Assembly (NCBI RefSeq): GCF_001194135.2
Contig: NC_068997.1
Coordinates: forward strand, 50,129,195-50,172,105
Source: Octopus bimaculoides
Lineage: Eukaryota
Length of the DNA: 42,911 nucleotides
Direction: 5' to 3'
The notes below the pieces were generated by a model. The model worked only from the letters and a program-made list of their open reading frames with translations. It was not told the DNA's origin and did no database searches. The stretch's first letter is position 1, and each line of letters starts with the position of its first letter. Shown here in pieces: positions 21,141 through 33,887 of the stretch. A program made the translations under genes and the position numbers.

Positions 21141-21432
21141 CATGCATATCATTGTCATCATCTATAGTTTAACATCATTTTTTCTATGCCTACATGGGTC
21201 ACACAGAATTTATTGAGGTAGATTTTCTGCAGCCTGATGCCTTTCCTGTCACCAACTCTCACCAGTTCTCAAACAAGGTAATATTTTTTCTCTTGGCCAA
21301 ACATGTTTTTCATGGAAAATTGGAAATGAATGACACCTACTTACAACCATCACATAACCTCAAGACGAGAGAGAGCACACATATACATACATACATAATA
21401 CATACATACATACATACGAGAGAGAGAAAGAG

Positions 21433-21935
21433 AGACAATGACTTCAGTGAGGAATTTAGCATAAAGGCAGGAGTCAATCAAGGTTCAGTCCTCAGTCCTC
21501 TCCTACATATCGTAGTCCTACAAACCATCACAGTCAAGTTTAAGATGCACTGTCCATAAGAGCTCCTATATATGCTGGTGACCTAGTTCTCATAGCTGAA
21601 ACCCAAGGGGAATTACAGAAGAAATTCCAAGCATGGAAACTAAACCTGGGACTGAGAGGCCTTGAGATAAACCTAGCAAAGACAAAGGCTTTAGTAAATA
21701 GGAAAGAAGACAAGACCCTGCAACCTTCTGGGAAATGGTCTTACTCAAAAGAAAAGGAGTAGATATAAACTGCATATGCAGAACTCAATGTAATCTATGG
21801 ACACATAAGAGATATAACAGAATCACTGGCAGTTTATCCAGACATGTAAGCATCATACATGGTAAATGCACTGGAGCAGTTCATACAAGCACACTGGAAA
21901 TTGAGTCTGTTAAATGCCAAGACAGAGTAGCCATG
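21433..21935 (+). mobile_element. Decayed RTE-like LINE reverse transcriptase fragment
   Basis: FSEEFSIKAGVNQGSVLSPLLHIVVLQ..CP*ELLYAGDLVLIAE..GLEINLAKTK. Contains the QGxxLSP motif, a degenerate YADD box and in-frame stops. Confidence 0.9.
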
Positions 21936-22099
21936 CAGAGGGTCAATCACATGGTACAAGAAGGCATTGCTACAAGAACAAAGTAGACGCTCGACAAAGA
22001 AGCAACTACAGAGGAATTGAATTGATAAACCAAATTATGAATGGGGTAGAGATATACCATAGCTAATTAAAAGGATTATTGACTAAAATGTATGCAGGC

Positions 22100-22642
22100 A
22101 TCATTGAAAATAGGATGGCTCCTGATTCAATTAATTTTGAAAATAATGAAGGATTTAATAAACAATTTAATAAAATAACTTTGTTATTATTAAGCTAGCG
22201 CTTGGAACATAAATTAGCATGAATTTTGATGGAAGGTTTTTAATTTAGATCACTTTAGTCCTTTTGTTACCACATTTCTCTTGAAATACACAGCCTGTAT
22301 TTCAATTAATTTTGAAAAAATTGAAGAATTTAGTAAAATAATTTTGCCATGATTAAGCAGATTTTTTAAGAACATAAACACGAAATTTTGATGGAAGGTT
22401 TTAATTTAGATCACTTTCATCCTTTTGTTACCGTATTTCTATTGAACTAAACTGGTTTTGTTTCAATTAATTTTGAAAATAATTGAAGAATTTAATTTAA
22501 AAAATCATAAATTAGCTGGTATTTGGAACATAAATTAACATGAAATGTTGATAGAAGTTTTTAATTTAGATCACTTTAAAACAAGGAATTTGTATCACAG
22601 AACCAAATGTGGTCTCGAGTAGGTTGATATCAAAAGAGTTAA
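22100..22642. repeat. Three tandem ~160-bp units of an AT-rich piggyBac-type MITE
   Basis: TAATTTAGATCACTTT at 22241, 22402, 22562. Right end ATCAAAAGAG|TTAA. Same family at 39728-40234. Confidence 0.8.
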
Positions 22643-23054
22643 AAGACACCATTGTGGTAAACTAACACAGAACCAAGTTCCAATTATTAATTCCACAGGA
22701 TGCTTTTTCAAAACCTGGAGAAATGCATGGACATCATACCTTACCAAATTTGCATCTGCCTCATAAAACTGAAATTGGAGTTTTATAGCCTCATTAATGA
22801 CCCTCTTCATAATGAACTAACAGTATTTATTTTTTTCCCCTTTCATTGTGTAAGAGTGCAAATAACCAAATAACAATCTGCAGGTAACAATTATAAAGAT
22901 TAGGCACAACACTGTTATTAAATCCCCCCCTCTCTCTCTCTTTCACTCTCTCAATCTCTCTCTCCTTCTCTCTCTTTCAGCTTGTGTTACTTGCTTCCAC
23001 TCTTTCTTTAATTATCTCTCACTCTGTATCTCATTCACTGACTACCAACTTCTG

Positions 23055-23086
<32 letters not shown>

Positions 23087-23308
23087 GATCCACATAACAG
23101 ATTTTATAAGATGATAATTAACACGATGATGATGCTGGTAATGATGCTACTAGTTCAACTGGTACATCACCAGGCTATAAGTCTTTGATTTAGCCAATAA
23201 GAGAGAGCCTCTCAGTGTTTGCTTTGCCTGCTAGATGTAAAAACCAAATCTTTCTCAAATCATATTCTACAATCTTAAAAACAAAAAAAGGGACACATTA
23301 GATAATAT

Positions 23309-23501
23309 CAGGGGCATATATTCCGAGTATGCTAGGGGTGCACCGCAAACCCATCAAAAATGGCAAATTCATTTAAATATCAACCGTGTTCATTAATTTA
23401 ATCACAAATCTTTATGGAAAACTTCTGTTATAGCCCTGCTTGAAATTTGTTGGCATTGGGTGTGGCAGCATACTCAGTACAACAACCCCCTTACACCACT
23501 G
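23309..23501. mobile_element. hAT-type MITE (193 bp) with 8-bp target-site duplication
   Basis: TSD GATAATAT (23301-08) / GGTAATAT (23502-09). Termini CAGGGGCATA / CAGTGGTGTA. Subterminal GAGTATGC in both arms. Confidence 0.75.
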
Positions 23502-23574
23502 GGTAATATAGTCGTGTAGACCCTTAAAAAAATAAATGGGATGTTCACAGTTGGAATGCATTTGATTTTAAACA

Positions 23575-23745
23575 ACTACAGGTAGTGAGCTGGTAGAATC
23601 GTTAGCATGCCAGGTGAAATGCTTAGCAGTAATTTCATCTGTCTTTACGTCCTGAGTTCAAATTCCTCCAAGGCTGGCTTTGCCTTTCATCCTTTCAGGG
23701 TCGATAAAATAAGGACCAGTTGAGTTCTGGGGGCTCATGTAATCG
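23575..23745 (+). mobile_element. Nin/Deu-domain-like SINE
   Basis: GTGAGCTGGTAGAATCGTTAGC..GAGTTCAAATTCC..CTTTGCCTTTCATCCTTTCAGGGTCGATAAAATAAGGACCAG. Confidence 0.85.
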
Positions 23746-23843
23746 ACTCAACTACTTGACTACTCCTTGGATAGGAAGTGAGAAAAAAAAAATGCCTCCC
23801 TCTGCCTTGTGAGTGAATTTCATAGAACTTGAAAGAAACTCAT

Positions 23844-23880
<37 letters not shown>

Positions 23881-25471
23881 NNNNNNNNNNNNNNNNNNNN
23901 NNNNNNNNNNNNNNNNNNNNNNNNNNNNNNNNNNNNNNNNNNNNNNNNNNNNNNNNNNNNNNNNNNNNNNNNNNNNNNNNNNNNNNNNNNNNNNNNNNNN
24001 NNNNNNNNNNNNNNNNNNNNNNNNNNNNNNNNNNNNNNNNNNNNNNNNNNNNNNNNNNNNNNNNNNNNNNNNNNNNNNNNNNNNNNNNNNNNNNNNNNNN
24101 NNNNNNNNNNNNNNNNNNNNNNNNNNNNNNNNNNNNNNNNNNNNNNNNNNNNNNNNNNNNNNNNNNNNNNNNNNNNNNCAGAGGCTCATCTGCTCCAATA
24201 TTAGACTATTTTCTTTAGTCAATACACAGTAACTGCTTATATGAGTGAGTGCGCCTTTGTGTCTGTTTGTCCCCCAGCACCACTTGACAACTGGCAGTTT
24301 GGCAAGAGAGGTCAACAGAATAAATACCAGGCTAAAACAAAAAAATTTTTAAAATAAGTACTGGGGTCAGTTTGTTTGACTAAAAATTCTTCAAGGCAGT
24401 GCCCCAGCATGGCCACAGTCTACTGACTGAAACAAGTAAAAGATAAAAAAAAAGGTGTGTGTGTGTGTGTGTGTGTGCATATGATGAGATTCTTTCAGTT
24501 TCCATCAGCTAAATCCCTTCACAAGGTTTTGGTTACTCTGGAGCTAGAGTAGAAAATACTTGCCCATGATGCCATGCAGTGGGACTGAACCTGAAACCAC
24601 ATGGTTGGGAAGTGAACTTCTTAACCACCAAGCAAAGCATGTAAGAAATTATTGTTATTGTTGCTGTTGTTATGGTGGTGGTGGTGGTGGTGGTGGTTGC
24701 TTAGCCCTATGTCATCCATGATTTATGGTCAAAAGTATATCTGCTCTGACCATATTAGAAAGAGCAGTCAAATCTCCCTCGAATCACACCACATTCTCAT
24801 AGGCCTTGTTAACATGATCACTATCATTAACACCACCACCATCATCATCACCACCACCATCATTATCCTCCTCATCATCATCATTGTTACCATCGCCATT
24901 ATCATCGTCACCATCACTACCATCATCATCATCATCATCAACAACAACAGCTATTTAATTTCCAGTCAGTAGGCCAGGTTAGCCATCTTGTCAGAAACTA
25001 TGGCAATATACGTCAACTTGATGAAACTGTTAATGTCTGATATTTCAATATTTAGCAACAGAGAACATCATTTATAGCAGTCATCACCACTATCATTAGG
25101 CATGATAGTGGTGGTAGTGATGGTGACAGTGGTAGTAGTGGTAGTAGTAGTAGTAGTGATTAGTCGTGGCTGGATCAAAAGAGGAATATACAAAGAAAAA
25201 GATGACATATGCAAGCTAAGAGTGCAAAAAAAAAAAAATAATAATAATAATAGAATCAGGAGTGTGGGAGGAAAGAAAAAATGGTTGAGATGAAATTATT
25301 TCTTGAATGAGATGCGGACACAACCAAGTCATAGATGTTGTTGTTGCTGTTGTTTTTGTTTTTGTTTAGCCCTAAATCAGTCCGATGATCAAAGACATTG
25401 AAGCATGACCACTTCGTATTTTTTTCCGCCATAATACATCTTAAGTAATATGTCAATATATCTTTCCTGTT

Positions 25472-26020
25472 TTAACCCTTCAGCATATCTGGGGCATATC
25501 CAGCCCAAAATATCCTAACCATATTATCTTCAAACCAGCCAGATCTGGCTTCTCACACCTACTCTACAATGTCATTCTAAAAATAAGAAGCTTGCTTCCC
25601 AACCACATGGTTTTGGGTTCAGTCCCACTGCATGGCACCTTGGGCAAGTGCCTTCTACTATAGCCTCGAGCCAACCAAAGCCTTGTGAGTGGATTCGGTA
25701 GACGGAAACTGAAAAAAGCCTGTCATACCGGCCATGATGAAATACCACAAGGTATAGAAAATACGTATTCGCCTTTATATATTTATATATTTAATCCTTT
25801 ATATTGAACACTCAATATTTCATATATTCAATAAGACATATTCCATATATTCAATAAGACATTCAATACAGGCAGTGCTCCAGCATGGCCGCAAACAAAA
25901 TGATTGAAAAAAAAAATAAATAAAAGAATACTCACATCCTTGTAATCTCAAAGCTATGAGATAATACAGGATTAATTCTGAACAATGGCAATAAACAAGC
26001 ATCACATTTGCTAAAGTAAT
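25472..26020. mobile_element. piggyBac-type MITE interrupted by a long-type SINE (~25586-25925)
   Basis: TTAACCCTTCAGCAT left end. MITE sequence matching 12197-12423 stops at CATTCTAAAAATAA and resumes near 25930. Confidence 0.7.
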
Positions 26021-27320
26021 CCAAACAAGAGCACTCAGAGATATCTATACAAATCAAATTTTTATATATCAAAATGATGGACATGGAAATAGCAGAGAAT
26101 TAAGTCTAAAACATTTCAGTTTCAGAGGGAATTTAATAAAGGATTACATAAATAAAAATATTAATATTACCGGTTTCAATGTATTTCATCTTATCAAATA
26201 TTAGAAAAAAATTTAGAAAAATTAGAAAAACTTGAAATAAAAACATATATATGAGGTGCTCTTTTTAGTTTTTGTCTACCAAATTCAATCCACTCACAAG
26301 GCTTTGATCAACTGAAAACTATAGCAGAAAACACTTGCCCAAGGTGCCAAACGTGGGACTGAACCTGAAACAATGTAGCTGGGAAGCAGGCTTCTTATCC
26401 ACACAGCTATGCCTATGCTTATTAGGACACTGGAAAATTTGCATAAACCCTTGACTCTCTTGAAAAAAATGTGTTATTCACAATGTTGTTATGCATAACT
26501 ATGACGAATTAAAAACATAGATTAAAGAATAGTTTTATACTTTTTTTTCCTGCCACATTTTAAACATTAAGGCATATTTTATTTTACCATCCTCTGTGAA
26601 AGGCACCAGCCACTCTTGTTACATTTTCAGTATACCACAAAGTCAAGAAGGTTGAGAATTACTGATGCAGAGTCTTCCTTGTTCACTCAACCAAGTCACA
26701 CATTATAATTAAGGGTGATTATAACAATTTCTTTGATGGGCATCCAAGCCCCAGATTTTGAAAGGATTAAAAATATCAATAATGATAACAATTATTGTTA
26801 GGATGATGAGCTGGCAAAATCTTTCAAGCGTCACAAAAAAAAAATTACCTGGAGATATTTCTTCTGGTTCTCTACATTCTGAATTTAAATCTTGCTGAGG
26901 TCAACCATGCTTTACCTTTCAACTATGCTTTGCCTTTCAACTATGCTTTGCCTTTCCATTTAGGGTCAATAAACTAAAGTATCATTCAAGTACTGGGGCA
27001 GATGGCATCAACTTAACCCCTTCCTCACTCAAAATTGCTGCCTTTTGTCCCAAAATCAGAAACGATTATTGCTGACAGAAACATAAGTATATTGGACAAA
27101 ATTTATTTTGGTTCTTTACATTTTGAGTTAAAATTCTGTTGTGGTCAAATATGCCCTTCATCTTTTTGGTGTCAGTAAAATAAGAACCAAACAAGCACTG
27201 GAGGTGATGCAATCACCTCTCTCTAAAATTGCTGGCTCTGTGCCAAAATTTGAAACCATTAGAAAAGGTGGAGAACTGGCAGAATTGTTAGTGTCTCAGA
27301 CAAGTTGCTTAGCTGCATAT

Positions 27321-27488
27321 GGCACCTTGGGCAAGTGTCTTCTACTATAGCCTCAGGCCGACTAAAGCCTTCTGAGTGGATTTGGTAGACGGAAACTGAA
27401 AGAAGCCCATAGTATGTGTGTGTGTGTGTCTGTGTTTGTCCCCCAACATCACTTGACAACTGATGCTCGTGTGTTTACATCCCCGTAA
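27321..27488 (+). mobile_element. Long-type SINE middle segment
   Basis: GGCACCTTGGGCAAGTGTCTTCTACTATAGCCTC..GAAACTGAAAGAAGCCC..CCCCGTAA. Confidence 0.85.
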
Positions 27489-27667
27489 TGATGTCCAGTG
27501 AAATCATTTGTTTGTCCATTTGTTTTTACATCCATTTTTTCCATGCTAGCATGGGTTAGGTGAATACATATTATTGAAGCTTTGTTTTACACACAAATGC
27601 TCTTCTTGCTGCAAATCCTTATAATAATATTTATTATTATTATTGGTTATCAATATTATTTTTATTA

Positions 27668-27698
<31 letters not shown>

Positions 27699-28231
27699 CA
27701 TAATTTAGATTTTGAGAAGGAATGTTTCTTACATAATAAAAATAATAATAAGACATTTATTACAAGATATAACTGCTTACACTAGCATAAGGCCAAAAAT
27801 CGACAGAGAAGGAGTATAGTTGATCCGATTGACCCCATTTAATTACTGGTACTTACTTCATTGACCACCACCATTCTTACACATTCTCACACATCGAAAG
27901 GATCAAAGGCCAACCAAGGAGTAATTTTAACTCATAAAAAATACGTAATTAAATGTTGCAGGGTATGCTGCCTAGCAATCTAGCAATTATGCCAATCAAC
28001 TGACCTTAATAGCAATAATTACAACCACCTCCACCACTACTACTACTACGACTACTGCTGCAGAATTGGTAGAGCTTTGGCCAGTCCAGACTTACAGTAA
28101 AAGATACTTGCCCAAGGCACCACACAGTAGAACTGAACTTGAAATCACAACTACATGGGTGGGAAGCAAGCTTCTTCACAACACAGCCAGGCCTATGTCT
28201 AAAGCCAGACTAATTACATAACTTGATGTTT

Positions 28232-28620
28232 ACTCTTTTACTTGCTTTAGTCATTTAACTGTGGCCATGCTGGAGCACCGCCTTTAGTCGAGCAAATCAA
28301 CCCCAGGACTTATTCTTTGTAAGCCTAGTACTTATTCTATCGGTCTCTTTTGCCGAACCGCTAAGTTACGGGGACCTAAACACACCAGCAACGGTTGTCA
28401 TGCGATGTTGGGAGGACAAACACAGACACACAAACATACACACACACATACATATACATATATACGATGGGCTTCTTTCATTTTCCGTCTACCAAATCCA
28501 CTCACAAGGCTTTGGTTGGCCCGAGGCTATAGTAGAAGACACTTGCCCAAGGTGCCACGAAGTGGGACTAAACCCGGAACCATGTGGTTCATAAACAAGC
28601 TACTTACCACACAGCCACTC
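28232..28620 (-). mobile_element. Long-type tRNA-derived SINE, full length, young
   Basis: Complete from head (GAGTGGCTGTGTGGTAAG) to tail (GAAACAAG-like); many CpGs retained. Confidence 0.9.
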
Positions 28621-29935
28621 CTTATTTATTGATACTTACTGTAAAAGTACATGACCTAGTATTTAAGATGTTAGATTCAGTCACAAGGATGCATATTCAA
28701 TTGCTGGAATGGGTGATGTACTGTGACCTTGAGCAAGGTGCTTCATTTCACAATGCTGCAGTCTACATAACTGAAAATGAGTGCCAGACTAGTGCTGGGG
28801 TAGTCCTTTTTCCACCCAGTTGTAACATTTTCAATGTTCTTTTAAGTTGTGGGGAAGGAGTGCCCCCCCCCCCAATGTCTATATCTGCTCCTGCCTACAT
28901 AATCTAAAAGGGTTAGGAAAATAAAATTAACGCATGTAAAAGAATGAGGAAAAGCATGGTGTATGTTATTAGGTCATATTCACTTGTGCATAACAGCTGT
29001 GGTTTATTTTTGATCCCCAAAATTTCAGGCCTTGTGCCTAGAGTAGAAAAGAAAAAGATATTTCTGCTTCAGCAACTCAATGCTGGATCTGTCTGAAATC
29101 CAATGGAAAACAGGTCAGTTTCAGAACAATGATGTTCAGATCTCAAAAGCAAAGTTTGAAGGCAATAAGTATTCATTTCCTCTGATTTCTATGATAGATG
29201 TAAATAGGAAATAACACTTACTGACCAAAGGCAAAAATATTTTAAATGTTGCTAAACTGTAATGGAAGATGTCCATAACACACTTGGATTCTGATTTGAA
29301 CTACTGTTACTTTGGTCAATAAAGAAAACGGGAGGGTACACAAAAAACTGTTTGTATCAATTTCTAAAACTATGAGTGACTCCATCTCATGTTTTAGCTT
29401 TCCTACTTTGTTGCTCTCTCTCTCTAACCATTTGATTTAAAAAGAAGACTAATTACTTGGATATGATTAATTAAATTTGTTATTTGCCGTTTCATTACGC
29501 CATGCAGAAGATATACAATTATCAGAAACAACAAGCTTATTCCTGAGCATGGAACTATTAGAAAATGATAAATACCAAATGTGGAAGTGATACATGTTGA
29601 GTCATTTATTTATGATACTTTTCAGAGAAAATTAAAACAAATAAATGAGGAAGAAAAACACTTTTAATATACTTTCTGTCTTTATATGTAATAGACAAAT
29701 TAATGTAATAGATAAAATAATGACTAAACTGCTTCATTTGGCCATTAATTCTTTTAACATCCGTTTTTACATGTTTGCATCGTTTGGATATCATTTCAAG
29801 TGTTGTTTTACAACTGGATGATTTTCCTGGTGCTAACCCTTACCAATTTTTCATGTAAGAAATCACGTATTCCATGCAGCTTCAATGGCACAAAGTGATT
29901 AGATGGTTTCTTGACAGGAGAAACAGACAACACTG

Positions 29936-29983
<48 letters not shown>

Positions 29984-30331
29984 GAATATGGTAGTCTTTT
30001 GTGGTCTGAGAAAGACAGTTCTACAATCTCTTACAAAGCAACCAGCACAAATGACTTGCTTATAGTGATCATATGTTTGTACTGTATATTAGCTCAGTCC
30101 CTCTATCAAATTGTGCACCTTGCCAAAACAGGTGCACAATGTACCATGTGTCAGGTGCTGAAGTGATCACAGAGCAATGCAAGGTGAAATGTTTTGCTAA
30201 AGAATACAATGCACCCACCGAGTCTAGGAATTGAAACCCCGATCTTGTACTTGTGAGTGCGACCATATGCTCTCAACACACAAATACAAACACACACATG
30301 TAAAATACTATTCTGAATTAATACTACTAAT

Positions 30332-30386
<55 letters not shown>

Positions 30387-30585
30387 TTAGGGAAAAGAAC
30401 CAAGGTTCATGAAATCATCTATAAAAATCCACAGTCACATATACAAAAATTAATAATTAAAAGCACAATAAATGAGTATAATATAATACAAAGTAAATAT
30501 CATAAGATAAAGATAGTGAAACTTAATTTAATTTTAATAAATTGATTTTAATTGAGTTTTTACCTGTAATTTTGGATTTTATCCC

Positions 30586-30632
<47 letters not shown>

Positions 30633-31134
30633 AAGCTGTAAAGATACCAAAATGTGTCAGTTTGATTCTTATTCTACTCTGCCAAACAACACACACAAAC
30701 ACACACACATACACACACACACACACACACACTGGTCTTAATTTAACAGCAAGACTAATCACTTGGAGCATGACCAATTCTTGCAACATCTTGGAAGGGA
30801 AAGATGGGTGAACCCTAACAAGCTATAAAGATATCAAAGACTTATCAGTTCAGTTCTTATCCCAAGCTGTCAAACAGCAACCCTACCCCATCCTCACCAG
30901 ACCTAATTTCACAATGAGACTAATTACATAGAGAGAAATAAAACTTCATATATTTATTTGCTCGTACAACACAGACCACAAAAGCAATTAGGTAAACCTC
31001 ATGCGTACAGAAATGTATAGAGAGTAGAACATGTTATAAGCTCAACCGATTGCCATGTTAAATGCCACCAACTGAGCTTTATGTGCCTTTAGCAGGTACA
31101 CAATGTTACAAGCACTGGAACCAGATCCTTGGTC

Positions 31135-31548
31135 TTTACTCTTTTACTTGTTTTAGTCATTTGACTGTGGCCATGCTGGAGCACCGCCTTTAATTGAGCA
31201 AATCGACCCCAGGACTTACTCTTTGTAAACCTAGTACTTATTCTATCGGTCTCTTTTTGCCGAACCGCTAAGTTATGGGGACGTAAACACACCAGCATCG
31301 GTTGTCAAGCAATGTTGGGGGGACAAACACAGACACACAAACATATACACACACATACATATACATATATACATATATATATACATATATACGACGGGCT
31401 TCTTTCAGTTTCCATCTACCAAATCCACTCACAAGGCTTTGGTCAGCCCGAGGCCTATAGTAGAAGACACTTGCCCAAGGTGCCACGCAGTGGGACTGAA
31501 CCCAGAACCATGTGGTTGGTAAGCAAGCTACTTACCACACAGCCACTC
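31135..31548 (-). mobile_element. Long-type tRNA-derived SINE, full length, young
   Basis: Closely similar to 28232-28620. Confidence 0.9.
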
Positions 31549-31589
31549 CCACGTCTATCTGGCAATAACTTTTTAATTTCCACCCGTCT

Positions 31590-31890
31590 CAGAAGCCCTT
31601 AAAAGAATCACGAGTGCTACTCTCCTGTCCCTGACCCCAGTGATCCTGCCTTCTCTCCCACACATCAGAGACCCTGCAAAAGTCATCGGCACTATCTCCT
31701 CTTTCCCACTTCAGCAACCCTACAAAGATCTTTGGATACCAATTCCTCTCCCCTACTTCAGAGACCCTACAAAAGTCACAGGTGCTGCCTACTATCCCCA
31801 CATCAGAGATCCTGCAAAGATCATAGGTGCTGCCTCCTCTCCCACACACCAGAGACCCTGAAAAATTCATGAGCACAGCCCTTCTTCTCA
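31590..31890. repeat. ~46-bp minisatellite (5 clear units plus degenerate leaders)
   Basis: CAG(A/C)(G/A)A(C/T)CCT starts at 31666, 31712, 31759, 31804, 31850. Confidence 0.9.
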
Positions 31891-33159
31891 TGACCAAATA
31901 AAAAGAAAAAAGAAAAAAACCTCTCCTGAAAAATTACATAAATGTAGAAACAATAGTAAATATCTTTACCTGGTAGGGGCTGAAAAACCACTGGAGTAAT
32001 GTTGATCCCAGGAAGAACTGATTTGCCAAGGTTCACACAGCCATAGCTGGTAACAACTGAGTCCTCTTATGTAGAAACATTAGTTTGTGTCTGTTGTAAG
32101 TATGAAGCACCATCTTATAGGTATGTAAGCCACATAGGAATATCTGAAATAACACACATAGGGAAAAAATCTGTAATGAATATAAAACAGAAGTTACAGC
32201 TACTACTGCTCTTTCTTCCAACCCTTCATCTTCCACTCTGCCCCATCATCATCATCATCATCCTCGTCCTTTCTGTCATTCCTTTAATATGAAACTTTAC
32301 TAGGGCGGTACACTTTACAAAGGGTAAAAAATAAATTTTTATCTATTTGAAAGTGTGTAACAAAATAATTACTTTTTTTTTAATGAAATATTCCCTGCCT
32401 AAAGTGATAAATTCTTCCACAAAAATAAATAAATAAATAAGTGAGTAATTGCAAAAATTTGTTCCAGTCACTGAAGCAACAATAACTAAACATTACTTTA
32501 TAACATTATATTTTAATCCAACTTTATCTTCTGAAATTTTTTGAATACGACTTTTCACAGTTGTTTAGCTAACAGTACAAATTGCTATCTACTTTGAATT
32601 CTTGATGTGAACACTTCACAACTAAATGCCCTTCCGGTTAAAAGCCTTCTGTTTTAATTTTCTATGAGTGTCTGCCTTTTCTAACCATCTTTATTCAAAA
32701 TTTTCTTTGGGCAATCCTCTCTTCTGGCAGTGAATGATATAACAACCAACTCGAACTTTTCTTAGTTTGACCTAATTATTGAAACCCGAGTCTTCCTTGC
32801 TATATCCGTCTGAACCAGCAACCATTTACATTTAAATCTAATTTTATGAAATCCAATCCAATTACTACAATTGAACATTTTTCTTGACCAGGAACTATTT
32901 TGATCATTTTTGTTAGCACAAAGTTAATTTTCTAAAACTTGGTATGGTAGTGACATCAAACCTTTAACTCTTTGCTTGTCTACTATTCACCACACAGACT
33001 GAACCCCAGCTGCTTATGCTCACCTTCTTGTACCTTAAGAGTTTGTTAGGACATTCCATTACTACCTTTCTTTTATCTCCTACTCAACTACTCCCACCTA
33101 CCATTATGTATAACACAGGGTCACAATGTATTTTCTCTATAGCAAGAGTGAAAATACGT

Positions 33160-33360
33160 GGTTTGATGGTTAGGATATTCAACTCAAGATCATAAGGCCA
33201 TGAGTTCAATTCCTAGCAGCATGTTGTGTCCTTGAGCAAGATACTTTATTTCAAGTTGCTCCAGTCCATTCAGGTGGCAAAACTCAGTTGTACCTGTAAT
33301 TCAAAGGGCCAGCCCTGTCACATTCCACATAATGCTGAATCTCCCTGGAAACAACATTAA
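33160..33360 (+). mobile_element. Third tRNA-derived SINE type (GTGTCCTTGAGCAAG..TTGCTCCAGTCCA core); other copies at 28650-28800, 30070-30260 (-), 37105-37410, 39480-39640
   Basis: tRNA-like head with GAGTTCAATTCC, followed by the shared core. Confidence 0.8.
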
Positions 33361-33887
33361 GGCTATAGTAGAAGTCATTTGCCCAAGGTGCCATACAATG
33401 GGACTGAACCCAGAACCATGTGACCAGGAAGCAAGTTTCTTATCATACAGCTATGTCTGTGCCTATTTCAAAAATTAATATTCATTTCATCATTTTGCAT
33501 AAGCATCAAGAAATTTTATAACAGTTAAATTATAATTATTGCATGTAAACCATATTTCCTGATATTACCCATGATACCAAAAGTATACTTCCAAAGTTGC
33601 CCATCATACAACGGATAACACTAGTAAAATAAATAATAATTATAATGAAAATGTCTTTATGGAGACTTCCTCGAAGCCATAACATGCACAGAGTGAAATT
33701 CATTGAAACTTAATAGGATAGTTTCTGAGAAAAATTTTGAGAATTTGTTGAATCTTATAAACAAATTAAACTGAATTTTACTGGATTCTGTTAGTCAGAA
33801 AATGGGGGATGAAATAAATATCTGCTTCTCTCTACATTTATCAACACATTTATAAACAATACTAAAGTTTTTATATATACATACATA

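Noticed and set aside
22699-22822. Plus-strand exon readings after ttccacag| (e.g. CFFKTWRNAWTSYLTKFASAS*)
   Set aside because: Weak donor; competing minus-strand reading; strand cannot be resolved.
12927-24315. Long ORFs containing X runs
   Set aside because: They span assembly gaps; their length is an artefact.
29073-29113. 41-nt plus-strand exon-like segment TQCWICLKSNGKQ (CxxC)
   Set aside because: A single CxxC is insufficient for a RING call; short pyrimidine tract; no partner exons.
31590-31890. CRISPR-like repeat/spacer appearance
   Set aside because: The variable parts are homologous to each other, the context is eukaryotic, and there are no cas genes; it is a minisatellite.
32560-32950. 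Unique-looking sequence, possibly a decayed transposase or integrase on the minus strand
   Set aside because: Stops in all frames and no motif I can name.
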